From an uncultured archaeon (lineage in GTDB: Archaea > Asgardarchaeota > Thorarchaeia > Thorarchaeales > Thorarchaeaceae), in contig CAZSWP010000009.1 of NCBI GenBank assembly GCA_964610875.1, forward strand, positions 1 to 64,000: a stretch of DNA of 64,000 nt. The letters are read 5' to 3'. The notes beneath the pieces are model-generated. The model saw nothing but the letters and a program-made list of their open reading frames with translations, was not told where the DNA came from and made no database searches. The position numbers and the translations under genes were made by a program. Of the stretch, positions 38,735 to 49,053 are shown piece after piece. Position 1 is the first letter of the stretch; the number at the start of each line of letters is the position of its first letter.

Positions 38735-40003
38735 ATGACAAAACTATCATTCTTAGGTTCCTGCAGAGAGATTGGTCGCTCTGGTTTTGTTTTAGAAGAA
38801 GCTGAAGAGAGCATTCTTGTTGACTACGGTACTAAATTCACAAATCCCCCTTCATTTCCCGACTTACCACCAATCGAAACTTTACAAGGTGTAACAATCA
38901 CACATGCCCACCTTGATCATTCAGGAGGCATTCCCCGGGTTCTTGCTCAGGATAGCAATATCTCACTTTTTTGCACTCCTGCCACAAGAGACCTCAGTCT
39001 ATTACTTTGTAGAGATATGCTGAAGATTTCTGGTGGACGCTTACCTTATGATAAAAAAGACATCACTCGTATACGGCGACAGTATCAACATATGTCCTAT
39101 GAGGAAACTGTACCATTAGGGCGCCGTTTTGAAATGACATTATTCAATGCTGGTCATATTCCGGGAAGCTCAATGGTTTCTGTGCGTGTTAACGGAAAGC
39201 GTATTCTGTTCACTGGAGATTTCAATGCAACAGAATCCAGACTAAATCTCGGTGCAAGGAAGAACCTGCCCAAACATGATATTGTTGTCACAGAAAGCAC
39301 ATACGCTCAAAGAGTCAATCCTAACAGAGAGGAGATAGAGAAAGCTCTTGTTGACAGTGTGATCCAAACTCTGGAAAGGGGTGGTGTCGCACTGATTCCC
39401 GCTTTTGCTGTTGGTAGAAGTCAGGAGGTCATGTGTATACTTGAACAATATGGCATCCCTTCAAAGTATCCCATCTATGTTGATGGAATGGCACGAAAAG
39501 TGAATGATGTTGTAGTAAAACATCCAGAATATATTGGCTCACCACGTGCTTTTACACGAGCTGTCAAGCGAACCCGTGTAATTCGTGATAATCGAGATAG
39601 AAACAATGCCATGAAAGGCCCTAGCATTATCATATCACCAGCTGGTATGTTAAAAGGCGGCGCCTCACATTTATACTTCAAAAAACTACATGATGATGAG
39701 AAGAATTCTATCATTCTTGTGTCATTTCAGATTCCAGGCACTCCTGGTGCTCAGCTTCTGGAAAAAAGAAAGGTCACTATTGGAAACCGTGATTATAGGG
39801 TTGAAGCAGATTTATTCTATCATCATCTTAGCAGTCATTCAGACTCAAGAGGAATAATGGACATGTTGATGAACATTCCTGGCAATCCAGAGTTTTATGT
39901 TGTGCACGGTGAGAGCGAGTCATGTGATAAACTAAAAGAACGAATCGAAAAGAAAGGTCGAAAAGCATATGTGCCTGAAAGAAATCAAATCTTTGAAATC
40001 TAG
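38735..40003 (+). CDS. MBL-fold beta-CASP ribonuclease
   Basis: LGSCREIGRS, THAHLDHSG, AGHIPGS, TGD, ESTY and VHGE. Confidence 0.92.
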   Translation: MTKLSFLGSCREIGRSGFVLEEAEESILVDYGTKFTNPPSFPDLPPIETLQGVTITHAHLDHSGGIPRVLAQDSNISLFCTPATRDLSLLLCRDMLKISGGRLPYDKKDITRIRRQYQHMSYEETVPLGRRFEMTLFNAGHIPGSSMVSVRVNGKRILFTGDFNATESRLNLGARKNLPKHDIVVTESTYAQRVNPNREEIEKALVDSVIQTLERGGVALIPAFAVGRSQEVMCILEQYGIPSKYPIYVDGMARKVNDVVVKHPEYIGSPRAFTRAVKRTRVIRDNRDRNNAMKGPSIIISPAGMLKGGASHLYFKKLHDDEKNSIILVSFQIPGTPGAQLLEKRKVTIGNRDYRVEADLFYHHLSSHSDSRGIMDMLMNIPGNPEFYVVHGESESCDKLKERIEKKGRKAYVPERNQIFEI

Positions 40004-40215
40004 ATTTCTTCTGTCTTTGGTCTCGCTTCTACTATCTGGCAGCTGATATTCTCTAGTACCTTTTCAGCCTTCTGGGGTTCAAGAATGATTGTGTAAAGAT
40101 ATTTAGATGTGCGTAGTTTTAGCTTCACTCTGTTGCTTTCCCTTTTTACACGACATTCAATAGCATCCTCACTCATTTCGAGGAATTGATCAGCATCGTA
40201 CATTTGCTTTGGCAT
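40000..40215 (-). CDS. rpl38e: 50S ribosomal protein L38e
   Basis: MPKQ..F..VKLKLRTSKYLYT. Confidence 0.88.
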   Translation of the reverse strand: MPKQMYDADQFLEMSEDAIECRVKRESNRVKLKLRTSKYLYTIILEPQKAEKVLENISCQIVEARPKTEEI

Positions 40216-40242
40216 TCTATTTGTACCCCTTTTGACTGATTA

Positions 40243-40349
40243 TGGTGGGCCGGACGAGATTCGAACTCGCGATATTGGCGATAATCAAGGGAAGTCCCTG
40301 ATATATCCGCCGTGTGAAGGCGGCGTCATAGCCGCTAGACCACCGGCCC
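40243..40349 (-). tRNA. tRNA-Val(CAC) with intron in the variable loop, CCA encoded
   Basis: GGGCCGG..CCGCC-TT-CAC-AC-GGCGG, then a ~31-nt insertion with an ATCAGGGA/TCCCTTGAT hairpin, then GCGAG-TTCGAAT-CTCGT. Confidence 0.88.
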
Positions 40350-40377
40350 TCTCTCGAGCGGCTTCCCATAGAAGGAA

Positions 40378-40536
40378 CTATGTCTTCTTCCTTCTTTTTG
40401 GTCTGAGATCCTTATTCTTGCACTTTCTACACTTTTTCGCGTTCATTGGATTTGTCGCACCACAGTCCCGACAAATTTTCTTGTATAGCAAATAGTGTTG
40501 TGCTAGTCTTCGTTTCTCAATATCGGAAACTGGCAT
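40378..40536 (-). CDS. rpl40e: 50S ribosomal protein L40e (not in the ORF track)
   Basis: MPVSDIEKRRLAQHYLLYKKICRDCGATNPMNAKKCRKCKNKDLRPKRRKKT. Confidence 0.95.
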   Translation of the reverse strand: MPVSDIEKRRLAQHYLLYKKICRDCGATNPMNAKKCRKCKNKDLRPKRRKKT

Positions 40537-40640
40537 TTTTTGGACCTCACGATTAGCTTTTGGACTGATTTGTATTGTGTCCGCTCAGCCCTTCCGATAA
40601 GCTAGTCATTTAAACCTATTCCTTTAACAAAATAGATTCA

Positions 40641-40672
40641 GGAGTGGAGGGATACACCATTCCCTCTACTCC
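40641..40672. terminator. inverted-repeat hairpin downstream of sucD
   Basis: GGAGTGGAGGGA..TCCCTCTACTCC. Confidence 0.45.
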
Positions 40673-40692
40673 AATCTGCTGTAATCTAGTTT

Positions 40693-41562
40693 TCACATGA
40701 GATCTTTGAGAATCCGTGCAACATCACTCGGCTTTTCAGCAACCTGTACTCCTGCTTTATTCAGTGCTTCAATTTTAGCCGCAGCAGTGCCACTACTCCC
40801 ACTTACAATGGCTCCCGCATGTCCCATTCTCTTTCCTTTTGGAGCAGTGCGTCCTGCTATAAAACCTACAACAGGCAAGTCATAGTTTTCTTTAATATAA
40901 ACAGATGCACGTTCTTCTGCATCTCCTCCAATCTCACCAACTAAGACCAATGCTTTCGTATCCTTATCTGTTTCAAAGAGTTTGACTGCTTCAATTGTTG
41001 TTAGGCCAACACATGGGTCGCCTCCCAGTCCAATAGCAGTAGAAATACCAATTTTTGCATTCGTCATGCCTGCAGCTATTTCGTATGTCAGTGTGCCACT
41101 ACGTGACATTAACCCCACTTCCCCTGCTGAGAATACATGTCCCGGCATGATTCCTAGCTTCTGTTTCGCACCAGGCGTGATGATACCAGGAGTGTTTGGT
41201 CCGATAATTGCAGTACCTTTGCGCTTAGCCGCATATATCATTCGAATTTCGTCTTGGACTGGAACATGCTCTGTGATTACAACAACTGGGTCAAGGTCTG
41301 CAGCAATTGCTTCCAGAGCCGCATCCGCAGCAAATGGGGCTGGTACAAAAATCACTGAGGCTGTGACATCATTCTCTTCTTTTGCTTCGAACACGCTATC
41401 ATACACGGGAATTCCATGGATTTCTTGTCCACCTTTTCCTGGTGTTGATCCTGCAACAATCTTGGTTCCATATTTCAGCATAGCTTCTGTGTGGAAAGTC
41501 CCCTGTCCACCTGTGATTCCCTGCACCAATACTCTCGTGTCTTTCTTAACAAGCACGGCCAT
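40693..41562 (-). CDS. sucD: succinyl-CoA ligase alpha subunit
   Basis: VQGITG, IGPNTPG, SRSGTLTYE and MGHAGA. Confidence 0.96.
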   Translation of the reverse strand: MAVLVKKDTRVLVQGITGGQGTFHTEAMLKYGTKIVAGSTPGKGGQEIHGIPVYDSVFEAKEENDVTASVIFVPAPFAADAALEAIAADLDPVVVITEHVPVQDEIRMIYAAKRKGTAIIGPNTPGIITPGAKQKLGIMPGHVFSAGEVGLMSRSGTLTYEIAAGMTNAKIGISTAIGLGGDPCVGLTTIEAVKLFETDKDTKALVLVGEIGGDAEERASVYIKENYDLPVVGFIAGRTAPKGKRMGHAGAIVSGSSGTAAAKIEALNKAGVQVAEKPSDVARILKDLM

Positions 41563-41563
41563 T

Positions 41564-42709
41564 CTATTTGACCTCCTTTACGAGTTCGACGACTTTCGAT
41601 GCCGCATCTTCCATTGTTTTTAGGAATGGAATTCCTGCATCATTCAGAATTTCTTGCCCTCTCTGTTCATTTGTTCCGACCATTCTGATTACCATAGGCA
41701 CATCGATTCCTTTGTCTTCTCGAGCTGCAATTATTCCCCTTGCAACATCATCACACCGTGTGATGCCTCCCATGATGTTTACGAGGATTGCTTTCACCTT
41801 GTCATACATTAGAGCAATCTCGATGCCTTTCTCGACTCTCTCTGCATCGGAGCCGCCACCAAGATCAAGAAAAGTACAGGCTTTGCCTCCATAAAGCTCA
41901 ACTGCATCCAAAGTGGCCATAGTAAGACCGGCACCATTACAGATACAGGCAATATCACCATCAAGTTCAACATAGGCCATTCCCTCCTCAGATGCCATAC
42001 GTTCACGGTCATTCTGTTCGAGGGGTTCTCTCTGAAGTTTTTCGATTATATCTTTGTGACGGTACAGTGCATTATCATCAATATTCAATCGAGCGTCTGC
42101 AGCTAGAAATCTGCCATCCTTTGTAAGAATGAGTGGATTGATCTCAGTAAGTTCGACATCATATTTTTCCACAATGTTCCACAGTTTTAGAAAGAAACTA
42201 CCGAGTTTGTTGATATCCTTTCCCTTGAATCCCATGTCAATTGCCAACTCTCTAGCTTGATATGGTTGGAAACCAAGACCTGGGTCCACATGCATTTTGA
42301 TTATTTTCTCAGGACTCTCCTCAGCTAGTTCTTCAATTGACATGCCTCCTGCTGCACTCCCAATAACTACGTATTTTCTTTCGTTGCGATCAACTGTGAT
42401 ACCCACATAGATTTCCTGTGCAATATCGAGTTTTTCTTCTATCAATACTGCTTCTACAGGTAAGTCATTGATTCGCATTGCGAGTATTTCTTCAGCCAGC
42501 TTTTCAGCTTCCTCTGGAGTATCAGCAAACTTGACTCCCCCTGCTTTTCCTCTCTTTCCTGAGAGGACTTGGGCTTTTACAACCACAGGTTTTCCTACTT
42601 CTGCAGTCACCCTTTTTGCTTCTTGCGGAGTCATTGCTACTCCGCCTGGGGGTATTGGCATGCCAAAGTTCTGGAAGATCTCCTTTGCTTCATGCTCAAA
42701 CAGCTTCAT
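41564..42709 (-). CDS. sucC: succinyl-CoA ligase beta subunit
   Basis: KAQVLSGKRGKAGGV, EINPL, NGAGLTMATLD and GGITRCD. Confidence 0.96.
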   Translation of the reverse strand: MKLFEHEAKEIFQNFGMPIPPGGVAMTPQEAKRVTAEVGKPVVVKAQVLSGKRGKAGGVKFADTPEEAEKLAEEILAMRINDLPVEAVLIEEKLDIAQEIYVGITVDRNERKYVVIGSAAGGMSIEELAEESPEKIIKMHVDPGLGFQPYQARELAIDMGFKGKDINKLGSFFLKLWNIVEKYDVELTEINPLILTKDGRFLAADARLNIDDNALYRHKDIIEKLQREPLEQNDRERMASEEGMAYVELDGDIACICNGAGLTMATLDAVELYGGKACTFLDLGGGSDAERVEKGIEIALMYDKVKAILVNIMGGITRCDDVARGIIAAREDKGIDVPMVIRMVGTNEQRGQEILNDAGIPFLKTMEDAASKVVELVKEVK

Positions 42710-42811
42710 TGGTTCATTCCTTCCTTTTATCGAGGACTATCTATGGTCCTTACAATCTAGTGCGGCATCAATAGATGCTACATAAAAACGTTTCAACATA
42801 CCAATATCTAA

Positions 42812-45013
42812 TCAATCGATAGTATCAAGTGCTTTTTGAAGGTCTTTCCTTATTTTATCGAGTTCTTTTAATAGAAACTCTTGTTCACCACTTACTAAAC
42901 TACACAGTATCTGACTCATATATTGTGTTTCTTCCAGTATGTTTTCAACAACACCCGGTCTGTCATTTTCACAATATTCTATCTCTCCAGATTGAACCGA
43001 ATTAATTATTCTCCTGACGGTTTTGATAGACACATCTGATCTGGAAGCAACCAGCCCTTCAAGCACATCATGGATTTTTGCTCCTCTCTTGGAAATAGCG
43101 CGAAGTGCTATTGTAGCATCCTTAACTGGAACTCCTAGTAATGCAATTTTTTCTCCTAGTGAGGTACACTTAATGGATTCCTTATCCCGCACTATCAACC
43201 GTTCTCTTTCAAGTCCACTGTAAACTTCAAGACCTCGTAAAGCTTGAAAGATCACTGAAACTCCGTATTGCCTGATTTCCTCCCTTTCTATAGCAAATTC
43301 CGTAAATTTCAGAAGATGTTTGCACAGACGATGTCTACGAATTCCTTGATATTTCCATGACTCGCAAGTGCATGATACCCCTTCTTTTGCTTTCAAAACA
43401 ACATGGTGCCATAAGTCCCTACTGCGACTATGGACAAGTCCCTCAATTTTTTCAGGAGTCACAGATACAAGTCGAACATCATCATCAGGGATTTCGTTTG
43501 TTCTAGTAACTGTTGATTTGGTTATCCGTCGTGAAATTAGGTCCCTTGCATTCTCAACTGTTTCCAGCAGAGATGATTGTAGATCAACACTTCCTACACG
43601 ATTACTTGCTGCCCAAAATGTTCGACTCAGAATCATAAATGGGTCATCATCCACTCGGATTCTGCCACATAATTGACTTAGAACAAGATCCTGAACATTC
43701 TCCGGGTCATCCATAGCACTGTCAACTTCTCCTTCTCTTGGAGTAATGAAACCATCTGGTTGTTGAATAAAGTATTTTGACAACACCCGTTGACGTTCCG
43801 ATTCATTATCAACAATGACAGTACCAAATCCTTCATTATCCTTTCCTGTTCTTCCTGCTGATTGAAGTACATTATTCATTTGCCACTCAGATAGGATAGT
43901 GAGCCCCTCATCATCTAGAGTTCCTCTCTCTACTTCTTGCATATACACTCCCAGAAGAAAGACATCTGTAGCTCGGAGTCCGCTAGCAAGAACAAATCGA
44001 GTAGGTAAGATAAGAACAGGTAGTAATTCATCCTCCCATGCTGCTGTAATTGCTCTTCTCTGGGTTCTTGAAACTCCAGAATGCATGAACGCTACCCCTG
44101 ATGTAATCACCTGTTTGAGATTCTGAGTCAGTTTGCACTCAGGATAATACTGTTCGACTTCAGAGGCAAGCTCTCGTAATTCTTCACGATGCCCTAGCGT
44201 GAGATCAAGGTCAAGTATCCTATTCTCCTTTTTAGTACCGGTTAGTTCCATGGCTAATCGTTCTGCCTCTTTCATACTTGCACACAGAATCATCACTTGC
44301 TCCTTTCTTCCATGCACAAATTCCACAAGGTCAGCAACCGACTCGTTGATATTCTCAAATGATTTAACACCAAAGATACGTTTGACATCTGCTTTTCTAT
44401 CTCTAACAATGCGTCCTGACAACCAATTGGCCAAGTCTTCTACGTCTGCAACTGGTGAACAAACAGCTATATATTGTGGTTTCAGTCCTTGACCTCTAAT
44501 TGTCACTAGTGCTGTTTCGAGTCTTGCACCAATCTCCGGTTGTCCAATAAGGTCCAGGCGTTCAATAAGAATACAGTCTAAATCCTCCATTATTCTGGGA
44601 TGTGATCTAAGCGCTATACTCAATGAACGGAATGTCGATACGATAATCCGCCCTTTGATTTCACCCTCTGATGTTGCCATACGCCTTCTCGTAATTGAGG
44701 AAACAGGAATTCCAAGTCTTCTGGCTCTTTGACTCAGCGTTCTCAATCTTTTTTCTGCTTGATGTGGGTTTGGACAGATAATCAATACCTTTGTTCTAAA
44801 ATTCGAGGCTACTTTGTTTAGAACTGAGATCTCTCCAATCTGATACGCTTCTTCATAGTCATATGTGATAAGTATTTGACTGATGTTTCTGGTGATACCC
44901 TCTTCTACAGCTGTCTTTTGGAAGTCTGTAAGACTCGCGAGTCCCTCCCTTCTCAGAATCTCAAGTAGTCTAGGTGAGATTCTTACAAGCTCCAATTCTC
45001 TGAGGGTACTCAC
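42812..45013 (-). CDS. degenerate Ski2-like helicase with SWIM zinc finger
   Basis: Q-motif LTDFQ, GVAFMHSG and SAGRTG are retained. No GKT or DExH. SWIM motif CTCESW..CKH. Confidence 0.75.
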   Translation of the reverse strand: MSTLRELELVRISPRLLEILRREGLASLTDFQKTAVEEGITRNISQILITYDYEEAYQIGEISVLNKVASNFRTKVLIICPNPHQAEKRLRTLSQRARRLGIPVSSITRRRMATSEGEIKGRIIVSTFRSLSIALRSHPRIMEDLDCILIERLDLIGQPEIGARLETALVTIRGQGLKPQYIAVCSPVADVEDLANWLSGRIVRDRKADVKRIFGVKSFENINESVADLVEFVHGRKEQVMILCASMKEAERLAMELTGTKKENRILDLDLTLGHREELRELASEVEQYYPECKLTQNLKQVITSGVAFMHSGVSRTQRRAITAAWEDELLPVLILPTRFVLASGLRATDVFLLGVYMQEVERGTLDDEGLTILSEWQMNNVLQSAGRTGKDNEGFGTVIVDNESERQRVLSKYFIQQPDGFITPREGEVDSAMDDPENVQDLVLSQLCGRIRVDDDPFMILSRTFWAASNRVGSVDLQSSLLETVENARDLISRRITKSTVTRTNEIPDDDVRLVSVTPEKIEGLVHSRSRDLWHHVVLKAKEGVSCTCESWKYQGIRRHRLCKHLLKFTEFAIEREEIRQYGVSVIFQALRGLEVYSGLERERLIVRDKESIKCTSLGEKIALLGVPVKDATIALRAISKRGAKIHDVLEGLVASRSDVSIKTVRRIINSVQSGEIEYCENDRPGVVENILEETQYMSQILCSLVSGEQEFLLKELDKIRKDLQKALDTID

Positions 45014-45199
45014 GATTTCTACGCTCCCGCCTTTCTTTTGCGCATTTTTTCTTATAGGGTGTTTTATTTTATGCTATTATCCTTTTTTAATCATGCTTGT
45101 CGATTCATATCAATCTCTTTCTATTTTTAGAAATATTAGATACACTATGACACTTTAGAAGACTTTAATTCTAAATACAATCTCTAAAGACATGGTGAG

Positions 45200-45865
45200 T
45201 TGATTATGGAAATCTCTCAGTCAATATGTTGCAAAGAACTGAAGAATTCGGATGTATTGGATACAACCGGCAATAAAATAGGTCGTATTGGTGACTTCAC
45301 ATTCAAATTCGATGGTGAGTTGAAACTTGCACAATTTATCCTGGCGGGGCCACGGTTTGAGGAGTTTTTGGAAGCTGTTAAAATAAAACCGGACAAGGAT
45401 CCTATCTTTGATGCTTCTCTCATAAAGAAGCTCGGTGATGAAGTTCATCTTGATACAACAGCCAACACATTGAAGACAACTCTAGACGACTGTGCCATAA
45501 CAGATGACGAAATACGCTTATCTGATTTACAAAAGCTGGAGATATATGATAAGAAAGGAGAAAAAATAGGTAAGACACTTGATGTTGACTTCGATACAGA
45601 TGGTTCTGCATCATTGATTGTAGGTGGAGGGTTCTTTGAGGAGAAACTTGAAGCTCTAGGGTTCAAAAAAGATGTTGACTTGATTGTTCCTGGAAATGTT
45701 ATCGAGGAAGTCAGTGATAAAATCACTTTGAAAGTGGAAAAAGATGAACTAAACAAGACAATGGAAGAATCTTTTGAACCAGAGGAGAAGAAGAAAGCTC
45801 GTACTGAAAAGACTATACATAGAGATGTGGCAAAAGTACGTCTGTTTACACACAGACCATTCTGA
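45200..45865 (+). CDS. tandem PRC-barrel protein
   Basis: Two repeats: LKNSDVLDTTGNKIGRIGD and LQKLEIYDKKGEKIGKTLD. Confidence 0.85.
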   Translation: MIMEISQSICCKELKNSDVLDTTGNKIGRIGDFTFKFDGELKLAQFILAGPRFEEFLEAVKIKPDKDPIFDASLIKKLGDEVHLDTTANTLKTTLDDCAITDDEIRLSDLQKLEIYDKKGEKIGKTLDVDFDTDGSASLIVGGGFFEEKLEALGFKKDVDLIVPGNVIEEVSDKITLKVEKDELNKTMEESFEPEEKKKARTEKTIHRDVAKVRLFTHRPF

Positions 45866-46018
45866 TTCTGTAGGAAATGATTGGTGGGGCTATTTGCCCC
45901 CACCGAAACCTATCTGATAGATATACTGTGCATTATCAGAGTCATATACACATACAAAAGACAATCTGCTTGTCAAATTAGTAGCAGATGATGGTTTTAA
46001 GATTCATAATATAGAGGA

Positions 46019-46768
46019 TTGAAGATTATGGCTTTCGTGGCAACAAAAGACACGAGTTTCAAAATAATACTAAAAGATGGCTTTAAAGTAAAACCGGGTT
46101 CAAAGTTCATAGTGGGATTTCATGGTCTTGGTGAAGTCGGGTTTCTAAGTACAGCACATTTGACCCGTGCATTAGAAGCTGAAAGGGTAGGATTCATCAA
46201 GAGTGACATGCTTCCATTATTTGTATCCATGGAGGATGGAAACCTTGTTCTTCCTTTCGAATTATACTCCTATGAGGACAAGAAAATGGTATTCTTAGTT
46301 CCTCGGTTTCAACCACATCAAGCTGAACAATGGCAATTCATAGAAAGATTAGCGGAATGGATTATGGAACAAAAATTCGAAGAAGTATTGCTATTGGGGG
46401 GGCTTGATGCCAGTTTCAAGGAAGATGGTGATGATATGCGTAGCGTTCCGACAGCGGCATACAAAAAACACTTGGAGAAATGGAATATTCCCCTTCTTGA
46501 AGAAGGCCTTTTTGTGGCTGGTCCTTTAGCATTGTTGATTGCAGAGCTTGAGATGCGAGGTGGTTCCGCAGTGGGAATATTATCCTATGCTACCCGTGGA
46601 AGACCAGATCCCAGATCGGCTGCTACCATGCTTGAGAAGATAAATGAGGTCTATGGTGTTTCAGCTAATGTTGACCAGCTCATTGAAGAGAGCAAAGAGA
46701 TAGAACGCTTAGAAAAGATGAGAAAATCAATTGAATCTGATACAGACCCATCTCAAATGTATCTCTGA
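46019..46768 (+). CDS. PAC2-family proteasome assembly chaperone
   Basis: GFHGLGEVG, LLGGL, GPLALL and PDPRSA. Confidence 0.88.
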   Translation: MKIMAFVATKDTSFKIILKDGFKVKPGSKFIVGFHGLGEVGFLSTAHLTRALEAERVGFIKSDMLPLFVSMEDGNLVLPFELYSYEDKKMVFLVPRFQPHQAEQWQFIERLAEWIMEQKFEEVLLLGGLDASFKEDGDDMRSVPTAAYKKHLEKWNIPLLEEGLFVAGPLALLIAELEMRGGSAVGILSYATRGRPDPRSAATMLEKINEVYGVSANVDQLIEESKEIERLEKMRKSIESDTDPSQMYL

Positions 46769-46796
46769 TGAGATGACCGTTTTGGGTCTCTCATCC
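46767..46796. terminator. hairpin between convergent genes
   Basis: GATGAGA-TGACC..GGTC-TCTCATC. Confidence 0.4.
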
Positions 46797-47369
46797 CATC
46801 TTTCTAATATACCATCCAATATCAACGAGATTCTTCCCAATGAGGTCATTGTTCTTTAGTCTATTCACCATTGATGAAGAAACTGTCAACACAGCTAACC
46901 CAAGTACTTCTCCAGATTCAAGTTTGACTACAACCTTTTGCCCTCTTTCCAATCCCTTCCCTACTTCAACAGTTGATTCTTTCAATACACTTCTACCATA
47001 GGTAAAGACTTCGCCGCCATGTTCTGTTACAATCAGAATGTTCCTGGTGATGTCTGCAATCCTCTCTAGAACCCCTAGACTGATTCGGAAACCCTTTTCT
47101 GTTTCATCTCCTAACCATATTCCCAAGGATTGAACATCATAATCCCCAAAATCTATCTCTGTCATCCCTCTCCATTCATTTGGAATCAAGTACACAGATT
47201 TGTTCTTATTCCGTTCAATAGAAACTGGTAACATGTTCCCTGCAAGGGATTTAGTCACACCTTCTCCAAACTCACTGTCTATACTCTCAACAATATTATT
47301 CCAATTGGCAGGCTCCATATGTACCGGTTTCATCAGTAACACTTTAGCTCTGTAATATTCCATCCGCAC
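46791..47369 (-). CDS. Nip7-like PUA-domain ribosome biogenesis protein
   Basis: SLGIWLG..FTYGRSV..VLGLA..DIGWYIR. Confidence 0.8.
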   Translation of the reverse strand: MRMEYYRAKVLLMKPVHMEPANWNNIVESIDSEFGEGVTKSLAGNMLPVSIERNKNKSVYLIPNEWRGMTEIDFGDYDVQSLGIWLGDETEKGFRISLGVLERIADITRNILIVTEHGGEVFTYGRSVLKESTVEVGKGLERGQKVVVKLESGEVLGLAVLTVSSSMVNRLKNNDLIGKNLVDIGWYIRKMG

Positions 47370-47397
47370 TTAAGGTTGTGTCACAATCTTTTGAAAT

Positions 47398-49053
47398 CTA
47401 TTCTGGGTTAGATAATCGAAGCACACCCCCGGCAACTGTCAGTGCACCAAATAGCAGCAGTGGGAAACCGCTAATCAGAATGACACTAATTGTGACTCCT
47501 GATATAATTGTAAGTGCTAGAGAGTATGAGAAAGAGATCAGCATAATGACCATAACACCTGTTATTGTTATGATGGTGTTCAAATAGAATGCACTACTCT
47601 TTGTGTTCTCATACGTAGGATTCAAAGCAGTGATTCCTGTAGCGAATAGAATAGATCCAAGCACGATTATGTATGCTTGAAATATGAGTAATAATAAACC
47701 AATGAAATCGATTCTAACGAGCATTGCCACAATAACTGAAGGAATTATTGAGATGGGTATTCCAAGAAATGATGATTGTATAAGTCTTGCCCTAACGTAT
47801 TTTCGTACACCTTGAGGAGCACTTCGTATTATCCAGAGTTGGTCTTTTGATTCAATAAATCCAATACCACCAAACGTGATTCCGCAAATCATTCCAAGCA
47901 TCATACTTACCATTAGCGATGACATTACAAATACAAATTCTGGATCGCCAAGATCGTTTACAAAACTAGCATTAAGAATCACAGGTAAGAGAATTGATAG
48001 AAATATCCCGTATACCACTCTCGATAGGTTCTGCACCTTTCTAGTGAACTCCTTAATCATCGTCACCAGAAGCACACCATGTGCACCACTCTGTGTTCTT
48101 CTAAGCAGTCGGAGCACAAGATTCTCCTTGCCAATTGTTGTTATTCTCTCACTCCTTACATTCCCTCCTAAGGAAAACAGCTTGTCCGCGAACAGCACTC
48201 CTCCTAGAGATACTATGATTGAGAAAACCAAGATGAGTATTCCATATACCGCAATCGGTAGAGGAAGCATTCCAAACAACGATTGAAGCACTATTTCAGG
48301 AACAGTGATTGTCCTGAACTGCAATGTGGACCAGGTAATGATATCCGCACACCAAGAAGAAGGAAGAAGGAGAAAGAGATCAAGCCCCATCACTTCTGCT
48401 AGTGGTTCTGCAAAATATATCATACCATACATTGGTAGAAGCACAACCAATGCGATCAGCACACTGAGTGCTTTTGCTAAATCATTACCCCGTTCTGATT
48501 CCCCTAATCTTCCTTGAATTGCTGAACTGATAACGACTGATAACCAGAGTGTTGCAATAGATAATAGGTATAATGTTCCATACATTATTGTCTGTCCAAT
48601 AAGGTCCACTCCGAAAATCACAACAAATGGGGTCAAGAGTATTGGAGCTCCAAATAGCACTAGTAGCGAATATGTAGGAATCTTTCCAAGAAATGTTCCA
48701 AGAAGGAGTGATCTCGCGCTAACATTATTACTCAAAACAATCTCCCATTGGCCAATCTTGATGTCCCTAAGTGAATATGTGATTGGGTACACCAATACCA
48801 AGACCCAGAGAAGGAGAATGACTGAACGCATAACACCTGGTAAGGTCGTCATGAGAATTGAACTGGTTTGTTGTCCTAACAGATTCACAACACCTGTGAC
48901 TATTGTGGGTATCAATACCATTGCCCAGAATACACCAAATGCAAAAACTCCCAATGTAGCTATTTTCCTGATTGCACGAAATTTCGCTGTCTGAACAAAG
49001 AACTCAGCTTTGGCGATTGCCCACCAGCCCTTTGTCAGTCCTATTCCCTCCAA
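47398..49053 (-). CDS. ABC-2 type exporter permease
   Basis: About 12 TM helices in two halves; overlaps the ATPase gene. Confidence 0.8.
   Translation of the reverse strand: MEGIGLTKGWWAIAKAEFFVQTAKFRAIRKIATLGVFAFGVFWAMVLIPTIVTGVVNLLGQQTSSILMTTLPGVMRSVILLLWVLVLVYPITYSLRDIKIGQWEIVLSNNVSARSLLLGTFLGKIPTYSLLVLFGAPILLTPFVVIFGVDLIGQTIMYGTLYLLSIATLWLSVVISSAIQGRLGESERGNDLAKALSVLIALVVLLPMYGMIYFAEPLAEVMGLDLFLLLPSSWCADIITWSTLQFRTITVPEIVLQSLFGMLPLPIAVYGILILVFSIIVSLGGVLFADKLFSLGGNVRSERITTIGKENLVLRLLRRTQSGAHGVLLVTMIKEFTRKVQNLSRVVYGIFLSILLPVILNASFVNDLGDPEFVFVMSSLMVSMMLGMICGITFGGIGFIESKDQLWIIRSAPQGVRKYVRARLIQSSFLGIPISIIPSVIVAMLVRIDFIGLLLLIFQAYIIVLGSILFATGITALNPTYENTKSSAFYLNTIITITGVMVIMLISFSYSLALTIISGVTISVILISGFPLLLFGALTVAGGVLRLSNPE

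Noticed and set aside
40982-41623. 213-aa plus-strand ORF and similar antisense ORFs (29240, 45445, 51361, 61905)
   Set aside because: These are shadow frames of well-supported genes on the opposite strand.
46765-46800. CTGATGAG as a hammerhead ribozyme core
   Set aside because: No GAAA follows stem II. It is better explained as a stop codon plus hairpin between convergent genes.
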